Of a stretch of DNA of 42,180 bases, positions 9,512-17,735 are shown in pieces; position 1 is the stretch's first letter; every line of letters starts with the position of its first letter. Where the stretch lies: IMG/VR virus record IMGVR_UViG_3300005611_000063, positions 1-42,180 of that record. One strand, 5' to 3'. The stretch is from a virus (taxonomy: Duplodnaviria; Caudoviricetes). The notes below the pieces were generated by a model, which ran no database searches, had not been told where the DNA came from, and worked only from the letters and a program-made list of their open reading frames with translations. The position numbers and the translations under genes are program-made.

Positions 9512-9655
9512 GCAGTTTTATTAGTATTGGCGCAAGTGAAGTTATCAATATATTTGTAAACTAAAACAAAAGCCCCGAATAAACGGGGCTTTCTCTTAAT
9601 TAAACCACCTCAACCAATTCCGGCTTATTCGCTTTAAGCCATTTCAAAAACTTTT
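9511..9655 (+). repeat. direct repeat A, copy 2
   Basis: Encodes SSFISIGASEVINIFVN* again, then terminator and 3' end of the 77-aa gene. Confidence 0.95.
9568..9594. terminator. bidirectional terminator, copy 2 (loop inverted)
   Basis: aaaagccccg-aataaa-cggggctttct. Confidence 0.85.
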
Positions 9656-9833
9656 GAGTTTTGGCTGCTTTCCAGTAGCTTAGCGGCCATGCGCGGCTAG
9701 GTGTGCGCCCTGTAAAATATTCTTCAATTTCATTGATCGGCCACCATCTGCCGCCATTGTCAAAGTTGCCAAGTTGATAAAGTTCAGTTTTATCTAGTGT
9801 TTTTTGATCTGCTGTTACTGTGATTTTAGTCAT
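9600..9833 (-). CDS. accessory (moron) protein, 77 aa
   Basis: RBS gagg, motif promoter and terminator. Confidence 0.8.
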   Translation of the reverse strand: MTKITVTADQKTLDKTELYQLGNFDNGGRWWPINEIEEYFTGRTPSRAWPLSYWKAAKTQKFLKWLKANKPELVEVV

Positions 9834-9878
9834 TTTTGTCTTACCTCGTTGTTTTGTTGAGTTAATAATATGTGTAAA
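9831..9878 (-). repeat. direct repeat B, copy 2
   Basis: Identical to 9464-9511. Confidence 0.95.
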
Positions 9879-9918
9879 CTGGCGGTATGTTAAATACTTA
9901 AAAGCTATATGATATAAC
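9865..9918 (-). promoter_or_regulatory. motif promoter
   Basis: Minus strand ATAGC-N5-AGTAT-TTAACA-N17-TATTAT. Confidence 0.7.
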
Positions 9919-9921
9919 CAA

Positions 9922-10377
9922 ATGGACTATATACTGATTTTGGCGTGCGCCGTGGGTTTGCTAGCAACTAAAAAGTCGCGGTTCGCGTGGATCGCGCTAT
10001 TTATTGCAGCGACAAATATAGTTGTTAATATATCCGGCGATCTATCAAGCGCTTTTATTATTTGCACAGTTTTAGCCCTATCTGCTCACTACAAAATCAA
10101 CAAACCAATAATTTTAGCGCTTGCTTGTTTGTTTTTGTGTCAAGCTGTAAACTGTAGATTGTATGCACAGTGGACAATGTTTGATTACATTTACGGCCCA
10201 CTAGCAACATTTATTTACATTTATTTAATGGCGGTTAAAATTAATGTTGTCAAAATTCTTGCATTCTTACGTTTTTTGGATTCAAGTTGCGGTTTTGCTG
10301 GCTTTAATCGCTTTCGCGGCTTACAATGTAATCAAATTACGGTCAATGAAGAAAGCGCAGAAACGGTTACTAGATGA
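9922..10377 (+). CDS. multi-pass membrane protein (holin candidate)
   Basis: Several hydrophobic segments. Confidence 0.5.
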   Translation: MDYILILACAVGLLATKKSRFAWIALFIAATNIVVNISGDLSSAFIICTVLALSAHYKINKPIILALACLFLCQAVNCRLYAQWTMFDYIYGPLATFIYIYLMAVKINVVKILAFLRFLDSSCGFAGFNRFRGLQCNQITVNEESAETVTR

Positions 10378-10778
10378 GTAGACTACAGCAATTTTTAGAT
10401 CAGATGGGCGAGCAAAACCGAATGTTAAGAGATCATCTTGACAGAGTTGAAGAATCGCACGAAAAAACTAATCAAAGAATTGATAAAATGGCGGAGACTA
10501 TGCAAGACTTAGGAGACGCTATTGTAGGCTTAACTCATGCACAGCAGTCATTTATGAAACAAGCAGACGCATTAGAGCAGCGTGAAAACAAGCTTGAAGA
10601 AAAGTTTGATAAATACGATGATAGATTGCGATTGATTGAACAAGCCGCAGGAGTAAATTCAGTTTTTACCGATATAAACAAAAACAAAATTCAAAATTCA
10701 GGCGGTTTAATTGTCGGCGCTATAGCGGTTATTTTTTCGGTTGTTTTTTCAATACTTCAATACGCGGCTATTCAATAA
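10374..10778 (+). CDS. coiled-coil protein with C-terminal TM helix (holin/XhlA-like candidate)
   Basis: Long coiled coil followed by LIVGAIAVIFSVVFSIL. Confidence 0.55.
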   Translation: MSRLQQFLDQMGEQNRMLRDHLDRVEESHEKTNQRIDKMAETMQDLGDAIVGLTHAQQSFMKQADALEQRENKLEEKFDKYDDRLRLIEQAAGVNSVFTDINKNKIQNSGGLIVGAIAVIFSVVFSILQYAAIQ

Positions 10779-11167
10779 TGTCAGTAATAATAACTTATCA
10801 AGACGTTATCGCATTTTGCCCAGATGCGGCAGCGTTTGAGCAATCGACTATCGAAATGTTGATTGCAATATCAAATCAAGCTGATTCATGTTTAGACGCT
10901 AATAACGTGCCAGACGATATGCAAAAATATTTAAAATTGCTATTTGTTTGTCATTCGCTTGCCATGCAGCAAGGCGGCCAAATCAAATCACGAACAGATT
11001 TTGATGGCGCGTCAATTACGTTTAATGTACCAGTGGCGGGCAAAGGCTTAAGCGCAACTAGTTATGGACAGTTAATGCTAGACACTCATTGGAGTAAATG
11101 CTTTAGCTTTGCCAACAACCGCGCTGGATTTTTTATGGCCTCCCTTGGCGGTGAAGACGAATGCTAG
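10778..11167 (+). CDS. head-tail adaptor
   Basis: IKSRT..GASITF and L..TSYGQ motifs; position. Confidence 0.7.
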   Translation: MSVIITYQDVIAFCPDAAAFEQSTIEMLIAISNQADSCLDANNVPDDMQKYLKLLFVCHSLAMQQGGQIKSRTDFDGASITFNVPVAGKGLSATSYGQLMLDTHWSKCFSFANNRAGFFMASLGGEDEC

Positions 11168-11493
11168 CCAGCACCACTTTAATGACCGATACAGCCACGG
11201 TTTGGCCCCGTGCGGAGTTAACAGACTTTGGCGCGGAATTTGGCGAGCCGTACACCATTAAATGCAATTTTCGTGAAGGTGGCAAACTAACGCGAGACCA
11301 AAACGGTGAAGAATTCACACCAAGCGCGTCAATACGAACCTTTGACGACAGACCGCGCCGCGGTGATGTTATTGCCATTGGTTCATTTTTGGGGCAGTCA
11401 CGACCCGTTGATTTTCCGTCATACACCATCCGTAAAATTGATAACAAGTCCAACTTTTATGGGAAGCAGCCTAAGATAATATTGACGGGTTAG
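11161..11493 (+). CDS. head closure protein
   Basis: ATVW..DFG..FGEP..RDQNGEEF pattern; position. Confidence 0.7.
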   Translation: MLASTTLMTDTATVWPRAELTDFGAEFGEPYTIKCNFREGGKLTRDQNGEEFTPSASIRTFDDRPRRGDVIAIGSFLGQSRPVDFPSYTIRKIDNKSNFYGKQPKIILTG

Positions 11494-11504
11494 TTACCCG
11501 ATCA

Positions 11505-11876
11505 TTAATACTCGTTATACCAAAGGTCATATCGTTCTTGAGCCATATTGCTAGCTATGGTGCGTTCAGAATATATAGTAGCCATATCTCGCTGGTGTTG
11601 CTCAAGCGGGCTAATATCTTCCTGCATCTCGTTGTTAACTTGCAATACAAGCATTTTATATTTAACTCGATTTTCCACTGCGTGCCAAAGTTCTTCGCTT
11701 TCGCTGTGAACGAAGTTATATAAAAAATCAATCAGGCTGTCGTCATGCTCGTTGCTCTCATAACAAAAATGAAACCAAAGTTCATCATTCTTGGTGAGCA
11801 TTTCCATAAAAAGCTTATAAGCAAAAGTGTTTTCAGCCTTAAGCGCCTCTAAATAATCTTTAAATGTTGCTTCCAT
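11505..11876 (-). CDS. antisense accessory protein, acidic
   Basis: RBS aggtg; motif promoter at 11916-11979. Confidence 0.75.
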   Translation of the reverse strand: MEATFKDYLEALKAENTFAYKLFMEMLTKNDELWFHFCYESNEHDDSLIDFLYNFVHSESEELWHAVENRVKYKMLVLQVNNEMQEDISPLEQHQRDMATIYSERTIASNMAQERYDLWYNEY

Positions 11877-11915
11877 TTAAATCACCTGTTTTGCGTATTT
11901 CGTTTCGATGAGTAA

Positions 11916-11979
11916 ACTATAGCAATGCGCTGCTAGCTTGTTAAATAACCAATAATCATATACTATTCTCTTTAGTTAT
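11916..11979 (-). promoter_or_regulatory. motif promoter
   Basis: Minus strand GTTAT-TTAACA-N17-TATAGT; half-sites ATAAC/ATCAT/ATTCT/GTTAT at 10-bp spacing. Confidence 0.75.
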
Positions 11980-11992
11980 AAGCGGGTGTGAC

Positions 11993-12397
11993 ATGGCTAA
12001 AAAATCAGTAACACAGCAGATCAAAAGCGTGCAACAACGTTACAAGCAGGCGGTCGAAAAAGTCAATGAAAAACAAGAGCGCGTGCTAACTGCAATCGCT
12101 ATAGTGATACAGGGCAACGCGCAATTTTATACGCCGCAAGACACTAACGCTTTGATTAACTCGCAATACCGACAAATCATTAAAAAAGACAGTCGCTACA
12201 CTGCTAGGATCGGTTATACTCAAAACTACGCGGCGGCATTACATGCTAGAACAGGCTGGAAGCCAAAGCCACCGAACACGAAAGGCAAGCGCGGCGGCGG
12301 TTATAATCCAAATGCAAAACCAATGTTTTTGAAACGCGGCGTTGATGATAGTAGGGACGAGATTAAAATGATCATTAAAGAGCTAAATAAAATATGA
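11993..12397 (+). CDS. neck protein (HK97 gp10-like)
   Basis: TPQDT..LINS, GY..NYAAALH and PMFL motifs. Confidence 0.75.
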   Translation: MAKKSVTQQIKSVQQRYKQAVEKVNEKQERVLTAIAIVIQGNAQFYTPQDTNALINSQYRQIIKKDSRYTARIGYTQNYAAALHARTGWKPKPPNTKGKRGGGYNPNAKPMFLKRGVDDSRDEIKMIIKELNKI

Positions 12398-12795
12398 ACA
12401 TCTACCGCGATTTAAAATCAGTAATTCAGTTATCACCAAACGGCTCTAGCTTTAATATAACCAGTTTGTGGAATGAGTCGCGCGCAGATAAAAACAAAAG
12501 CTATCTGATTATAAAAGATAACGGCGGCCCCATTGGAAAAACTGGCTCTAGTGACGTTGAATGTGTTTTTGTTAGTCCAGTCAATCCAACGGGCAACTCT
12601 GTAGAATCTATGTATCAGGACGCTAGCGATTTAAGTAAATGGCTTTATAACAATCAAGCTAGCGTTTTAGCGGGTACGTGTTTGTTTAGTGTTAGCGTTA
12701 CAACTGGCGCAAACACCCCGCGAAAAATGGCGGATAACCGTTTTGCTTCAACTTTCAACCTGCGCTTGCTATACTCTAGCGGTTATGTTAACTAA
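12394..12795 (+). CDS. tail terminator
   Basis: Position before the major tail protein; size. Confidence 0.6.
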   Translation: MNIYRDLKSVIQLSPNGSSFNITSLWNESRADKNKSYLIIKDNGGPIGKTGSSDVECVFVSPVNPTGNSVESMYQDASDLSKWLYNNQASVLAGTCLFSVSVTTGANTPRKMADNRFASTFNLRLLYSSGYVN

Positions 12796-12814
12796 CTAAT
12801 TAGGTCATTTTAAA

Positions 12815-13294
12815 ATGTCAGATTGTAAAAACGAATTTACAAACGAAAAGGTTGTTATTAGCATCTTTCGCGGATGCAATAACAACGTAAAACCAGCCGA
12901 CAATCTATTTGAGCGTCTTGGTTCGCGCCAGTCTTTTAGTATTTCGATAGATGGCAATGCAATCAATACTTACGCTGACGATAGCGGCGGTTTTGATAGC
13001 GCCATTATGGGTAAAAAATCGGGTTCGATGGACTTGGGCGGCGTTTATCGTAAAGATGACGCAGCTAATGTTAAAGCCACTGAACTGTGGTATTCATCTG
13101 AGGAAACGGGTGATTGCTGGATTAGAACCATTCAACCATCAAAAGATGGCGGCACGTCGTTAGTTCGCTATATTCGCGCATTAACCACTAACTTTAGTAT
13201 TGACGGCGGCGCGGAAGCGGCGGTTACTTACTCAATGACAGCGCAAACCACGTCTGTCGGCGGCGTTAACCCAATTGAAATTGTAGAGGTTTAG
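12815..13294 (+). CDS. major tail (tube) protein
   Basis: Position; beta-rich TTNFSIDG..AVTYSM pattern. Confidence 0.7.
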   Translation: MSDCKNEFTNEKVVISIFRGCNNNVKPADNLFERLGSRQSFSISIDGNAINTYADDSGGFDSAIMGKKSGSMDLGGVYRKDDAANVKATELWYSSEETGDCWIRTIQPSKDGGTSLVRYIRALTTNFSIDGGAEAAVTYSMTAQTTSVGGVNPIEIVEV

Positions 13295-13297
13295 TAG

Positions 13298-13645
13298 ATG
13301 GCAACGGTAAATAAAATCGTAAAAGACGGCTCGATCAAGCAGGAAGTAACGCCAGTTACATTGACCGGAACTGATGACTTTTTAGCGTCAACGGGTATGT
13401 TGTTTGTAAATAACACAGGCGGCTCAAACGTTACTATTACGTTACTTGGTGATGGTGTTACCGACCCCGCAAATGCGACGCAATGCGGACTGGGCAATGT
13501 TGCTACAGGGTCAGGTTATCAAGTCACCGTAACGGCTGGTGTAGTTGCTCAAATCCGCTTAGCTTCAATTTCTGCATTTGTAGCTGGCACCACAGTAGCA
13601 TTGACGGGCGGTACTGCGGATTGTACGGCGTGGATTATCGAATAA
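13298..13645 (+). CDS. tail-associated protein
   Basis: 115-aa beta-rich ORF after the tail tube gene. Confidence 0.6.
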   Translation: MATVNKIVKDGSIKQEVTPVTLTGTDDFLASTGMLFVNNTGGSNVTITLLGDGVTDPANATQCGLGNVATGSGYQVTVTAGVVAQIRLASISAFVAGTTVALTGGTADCTAWIIE

Positions 13646-14299
13646 ATGTTAATAGCCAATAAATCAATTGGCGAAGCATTGATAAGCGTTGAATTAAAAG
13701 GGGTTAAACATAATTACTTGTTTAGCCCCTCTTTTTTATCACTTCAACGTATCGGCTCGCCAGATCAAATAAAAGCAGCGGCGCATGAGGCTTATATATT
13801 TATGCGAGCGTTAACTAGTGGACTGGTACTACAAAGCTGGCCCCAGTATTTATTGCCAATTTTGCAAGCGTTTACTGATAAGCCACTCAACCCAAAAATA
13901 TTTGGCTGTAAACAGGTCAAGCTAAAAAACGGCGAGTACAGTGGTTTAGCTAATAAATCCGGCGCGATTAACCCCGCTCAAATAATCATATTGGTTAACC
14001 ACTTGTTAAGATGGGCGCTAAGCGGTCGAGAAAATGACGAATACATTGGTGCGGGAACCAAATCAAATAAAAATCTATTTGACCCCCTAGAGTACGTTAG
14101 CGTTATGATGTGCGAGCCGTTTTGCAAATCTAAAAACGATGCTTGGTCAATGACTATGACTGAGTTTAAAATGATGATAGATGCAGCAAATCCAAACAAA
14201 GACGACAGCAAGCGATTTAAAAAGTCAGAGCTTGAAGCGCTTAATAGCGCGGCTGATGATGTGGAAAGAAAACTAGCGGAAAGATCTAAAAATGGCTGA
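13646..14299 (+). CDS. tail assembly chaperone
   Basis: PSF..IGSP and AWSMTMTEF motifs; lies before the tape measure gene. Confidence 0.7.
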   Translation: MLIANKSIGEALISVELKGVKHNYLFSPSFLSLQRIGSPDQIKAAAHEAYIFMRALTSGLVLQSWPQYLLPILQAFTDKPLNPKIFGCKQVKLKNGEYSGLANKSGAINPAQIIILVNHLLRWALSGRENDEYIGAGTKSNKNLFDPLEYVSVMMCEPFCKSKNDAWSMTMTEFKMMIDAANPNKDDSKRFKKSELEALNSAADDVERKLAERSKNG

Positions 14300-16346
14300 A
14301 AACGTAGGCGAAATTTATTTTGATGTTGATGCTGACACAGGCAATTTGCTTGATTCAACTAAAGTTGTTAATAAAGCGACTAGCGATATCGGGCAAGATT
14401 TTAACAGACTAGGCAAACAAACCGACAAAGCAAACAAAAAAATGGCAGGTTTTAGTCGTAGCGCGGGTCAAGTCGGGATTCAATTTCAACAATTAGTAGG
14501 TCAAATTCAAGGGGGCCAAAGTGTTTTTGGTGCGTTATCTGCACAGATGGCTGATATCGGTATTGTTGTTGATGCGCCGCTTGCGGGTGCAATCGCTGGT
14601 ATTTCTGCCGCATTTGCTGGGGCGTTGCTACCAACTTTGTTTAGCAATAAAACAGCGTTAGAGAAAGTGGAAGCGATCACAGCCAAGCTAGCAACGACGC
14701 TAAAAAAAGCAAGTGACGGCACTATTGGCTTGGCTGACGAAATAGGCGAGCTAAACAAAGTTAGCTCTGCACTGGCACGACTAAAAATAAGCTCAAGTTT
14801 TGCAGATGCGCAAAAACAAATTGACTTGTCGATGGAAGGAATTAGGAAAGCAAGTCGCGAGCTGTCACAATTCACAACAATAACCAGTGATCAATTTTAT
14901 GAATTGGGGTTAAGTTATGAAGATTTAGCAAAAACAATTGAAAGCAATGACATATCAGGTCTAATAATGAAAGGCTTGACAGTTCAAGAATTGGCGTTTT
15001 TTAGAAATGACATTAACGCAATATCAGATCAATTTAAGATAACAACGGAACAAGCGCTTAGGTTTAGTGTTGCGCTAACTGATGTGCAGCGAAATACAAA
15101 CCCGATAACAATAAAAGCGTTTGAAAATGCGCTATCTGATTTAAACGATGAGACGGGCGGAAGCAATAAAGAATTAAACAAGCTAGCGGCTGAGGTTGTC
15201 CCCTTGTTCGCTGAGTTTAAAAGCGGCGTTGACAACGTCAATTTATTACGCCAAGCGTTTGCAGATATAAACCGAGAGATTGAGAAAACATCAAAAGCAA
15301 CAACTAAACAGCAAGATTTAGCCAAGCAGCTGAATCAAACGCTTGCTATACAAGCGGCAAAATTAAATGACGGAGCTTTAGCCGCTAAACGATTGGCCGT
15401 GGCATTTGAGCTTGGATTATCCAGCGTTGAAGAATTACCAAAGGGCATAGACGAAACCCTAATTAAAATTGATGAGCTTGGCAAAAAAGAAGCGGAACTA
15501 AGGGAAAAGCGACAAAGCGACAAGTCGTCCACCGTAGCATTTGAAAGAATAGAAAGCACGACAACAAGAGAGCTTGAGTCACCAGCTGAACGAGAAGAGC
15601 GACAGCTGAACGAGCGACTAGCTGTAATAAGAAAATATGAAGAACTTGAAACAGCAGATTTAGAACGGGCGCAAAAAGCAAGAGAAAACGCTCATGAGTC
15701 ATACAGCAAAAATATTGAAAGAATAGAAACTCAACGTCGTCAAATGATGCTTTCAGCGGGTGAAAATACATTTTTAGACTTGTCAGATATAGCAAAAGCG
15801 TTTGCAGGCGAGCAAAGCGGAATATATAAAGGGCTATTTTTAGCTAGCAAAGCCTTTTCGATAGCTCAGTCAATAATTGCAATAAACACGGGTGTTGCTC
15901 AGGCGCTATCACTGCCGTTTCCTTTAAATTTAGCTGCCGCTGGAACGGTTGCGGCTCAGGGCGCAAGCATAATTTCGACGGTGCAGTCAACAAAATATGC
16001 TGGCCGTCAATTTGGCGGGCCAATTGAAGCTGGTAAGCCATACCGGATCAACGAAACGGGCGTTGAGTCATTTGTAAATGGCAATAATCAGTATTTGCTT
16101 AGTGGTAAATCTGGCAAGGTGATAAATGCTAAGGATACAGCGGCTAGCTTACAAGGCGGCGGCGGTGTTGTTATTAACAACTACGGCGAACCGATGAACG
16201 CGAGCGTATCACAGCAAGGCGATCAAAAAATAATTGAGCTGATGCCGCAAATTGTACGTGATACAATCGGCTCAGATATGAACAATCGAACGGGTGTTTT
16301 TGACTCGATGACTAGCAACACAAATCTAACGGGGCGGGCTAGATAA
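14292..16346 (+). CDS. tape measure protein
   Basis: MAENVGEIYFDVDADT start; helical and Ala-rich; C-terminal GRQFGGP..E.G.E motif. Confidence 0.9.
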   Translation: MAENVGEIYFDVDADTGNLLDSTKVVNKATSDIGQDFNRLGKQTDKANKKMAGFSRSAGQVGIQFQQLVGQIQGGQSVFGALSAQMADIGIVVDAPLAGAIAGISAAFAGALLPTLFSNKTALEKVEAITAKLATTLKKASDGTIGLADEIGELNKVSSALARLKISSSFADAQKQIDLSMEGIRKASRELSQFTTITSDQFYELGLSYEDLAKTIESNDISGLIMKGLTVQELAFFRNDINAISDQFKITTEQALRFSVALTDVQRNTNPITIKAFENALSDLNDETGGSNKELNKLAAEVVPLFAEFKSGVDNVNLLRQAFADINREIEKTSKATTKQQDLAKQLNQTLAIQAAKLNDGALAAKRLAVAFELGLSSVEELPKGIDETLIKIDELGKKEAELREKRQSDKSSTVAFERIESTTTRELESPAEREERQLNERLAVIRKYEELETADLERAQKARENAHESYSKNIERIETQRRQMMLSAGENTFLDLSDIAKAFAGEQSGIYKGLFLASKAFSIAQSIIAINTGVAQALSLPFPLNLAAAGTVAAQGASIISTVQSTKYAGRQFGGPIEAGKPYRINETGVESFVNGNNQYLLSGKSGKVINAKDTAASLQGGGGVVINNYGEPMNASVSQQGDQKIIELMPQIVRDTIGSDMNNRTGVFDSMTSNTNLTGRAR

Positions 16347-16861
16347 TGGCGTTAATAAACTCATACCCAAGCTATTTACCGCCAATGCAAATGAATAAAC
16401 GCCAGTCTGCACCAGATGGCTTTGTACAGTCACCCGTAAATGCTGGCCCGCCGTTTGTCGAGCAAATCACAAGCGACACGCCCACTAGCTGGAATGGCCA
16501 AGTTATCATGACAACTGGCCAAGCTGGCCCGTTTGAGGTGTGGATTAGGCAGATTGCAGATGGTGACACAGAACCCGCGCCAATTGATTTTGGTTGGTTT
16601 AATATGCCAGTTAAAACAGCATTGGGCTTGTTTGATCAAGAAGTTAGATTTTTAACTAGGCCGCAAATATCGACCGCTGATAATATAGCGCGTTATAATT
16701 TTGAGTTGATCACACGAGCAGTAAACCACGGTTATGACATATCTAATGGTTCTGATGATTCACAATGTATTTTAGATATTGCTGATATCTCTCCAGATGG
16801 TGACATTGACGCGGGCGGCAGGCTACTAGCTCAAGCCGTGAATGAAGAGTGGCCGGACTAA
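16346..16861 (+). CDS. distal tail / minor tail protein
   Basis: Follows the tape measure gene; YP..LP start and WF.MP motif. Confidence 0.65.
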   Translation: MALINSYPSYLPPMQMNKRQSAPDGFVQSPVNAGPPFVEQITSDTPTSWNGQVIMTTGQAGPFEVWIRQIADGDTEPAPIDFGWFNMPVKTALGLFDQEVRFLTRPQISTADNIARYNFELITRAVNHGYDISNGSDDSQCILDIADISPDGDIDAGGRLLAQAVNEEWPD

Positions 16862-17373
16862 TGACGACAGCAAGAGATAGGCTGTATTGGGCGCAAAAAG
16901 AACGGGCCGCGAGAATTGACACGGTTGAAATTTACCATCCCGTTAGCGGTGTTTTGCGTTTTGCTTTGCGGCAATTTAGCGACATTACAGCGACACTAGA
17001 AGCAACCGCGCCACGCAACCCAAGCGAACAGGTTTTATTTACTGCTGTAGCTGGCAGCATATCACCACGACAGCAATCTAGCGGGGTTGTTACTCGTAAT
17101 TTGACTTTTAGTAGCATAGGCACTAGCGCGTATAGTTATATATCTCAGCTAACTGGAATTGACACAATAAAAACGCCGATAGAGTTAATTTATCGCAGTT
17201 ACATAGCTAGCGAGTTAACGCAGCCAAGCAACACCCCCGAGCTTTACGAAGTGAAACCAATAACAATAGGCGAGCGCGTAGAGCTAACAGCGACAGATAA
17301 AAATCCAAGGGGCAAAAGGTTTGCGCGTTTATTTAGATCTACAGATTTTGAAGGGTTAAACGGTTTTATATGA
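16861..17373 (+). CDS. minor tail protein (DUF1833-like)
   Basis: TVEIYHP, YRSY...P and C-terminal F.GL motifs. Confidence 0.65.
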   Translation: MTTARDRLYWAQKERAARIDTVEIYHPVSGVLRFALRQFSDITATLEATAPRNPSEQVLFTAVAGSISPRQQSSGVVTRNLTFSSIGTSAYSYISQLTGIDTIKTPIELIYRSYIASELTQPSNTPELYEVKPITIGERVELTATDKNPRGKRFARLFRSTDFEGLNGFI

Positions 17374-17735
17374 TAAGTTTTATTAGTTTTGTTAATCAGC
17401 ATGTTGGGCAATTCTATTCATTTCGTGATAGAGATTGCGAAACATTGACAATTAAGGGAATGAAAGAAATACACGGCGTAGAATTAAGTAACATTAAACT
17501 TGCAGATTTTATAGCGTGCCATCCATACGATGCACAGATTTTTGCTTGTCGTGATGCCAGCGGTGATTTTTGTCACGTTGGTTTATTTGCTAGCGGACAT
17601 GGCTACCTGCACGCACTTGGAACCCCGCAAAGCGGGGGCGGTCAAGTTAGCTTTCATACGCCGCTGCAATTTAAAAAGATATCAAAAGCGATCACCACGC
17701 TGCAAAATGTTGAGTATTACAAATGCCGATACTAA
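17370..17735 (+). CDS. NlpC/P60-like tail assembly protein
   Basis: DC, HVGLF and LHA motifs. Confidence 0.65.
   Translation: MISFISFVNQHVGQFYSFRDRDCETLTIKGMKEIHGVELSNIKLADFIACHPYDAQIFACRDASGDFCHVGLFASGHGYLHALGTPQSGGGQVSFHTPLQFKKISKAITTLQNVEYYKCRY

Noticed and set aside
8836-9655. DGR template/variable repeat pair at the fibre C-terminus
   Set aside because: Differences are silent and not adenine-specific, and no reverse transcriptase is visible
13289-13300. Readthrough fusion of the tail tube gene with the next in-frame ORF
   Set aside because: Two consecutive TAG stops, and the downstream gene has its own gagg RBS
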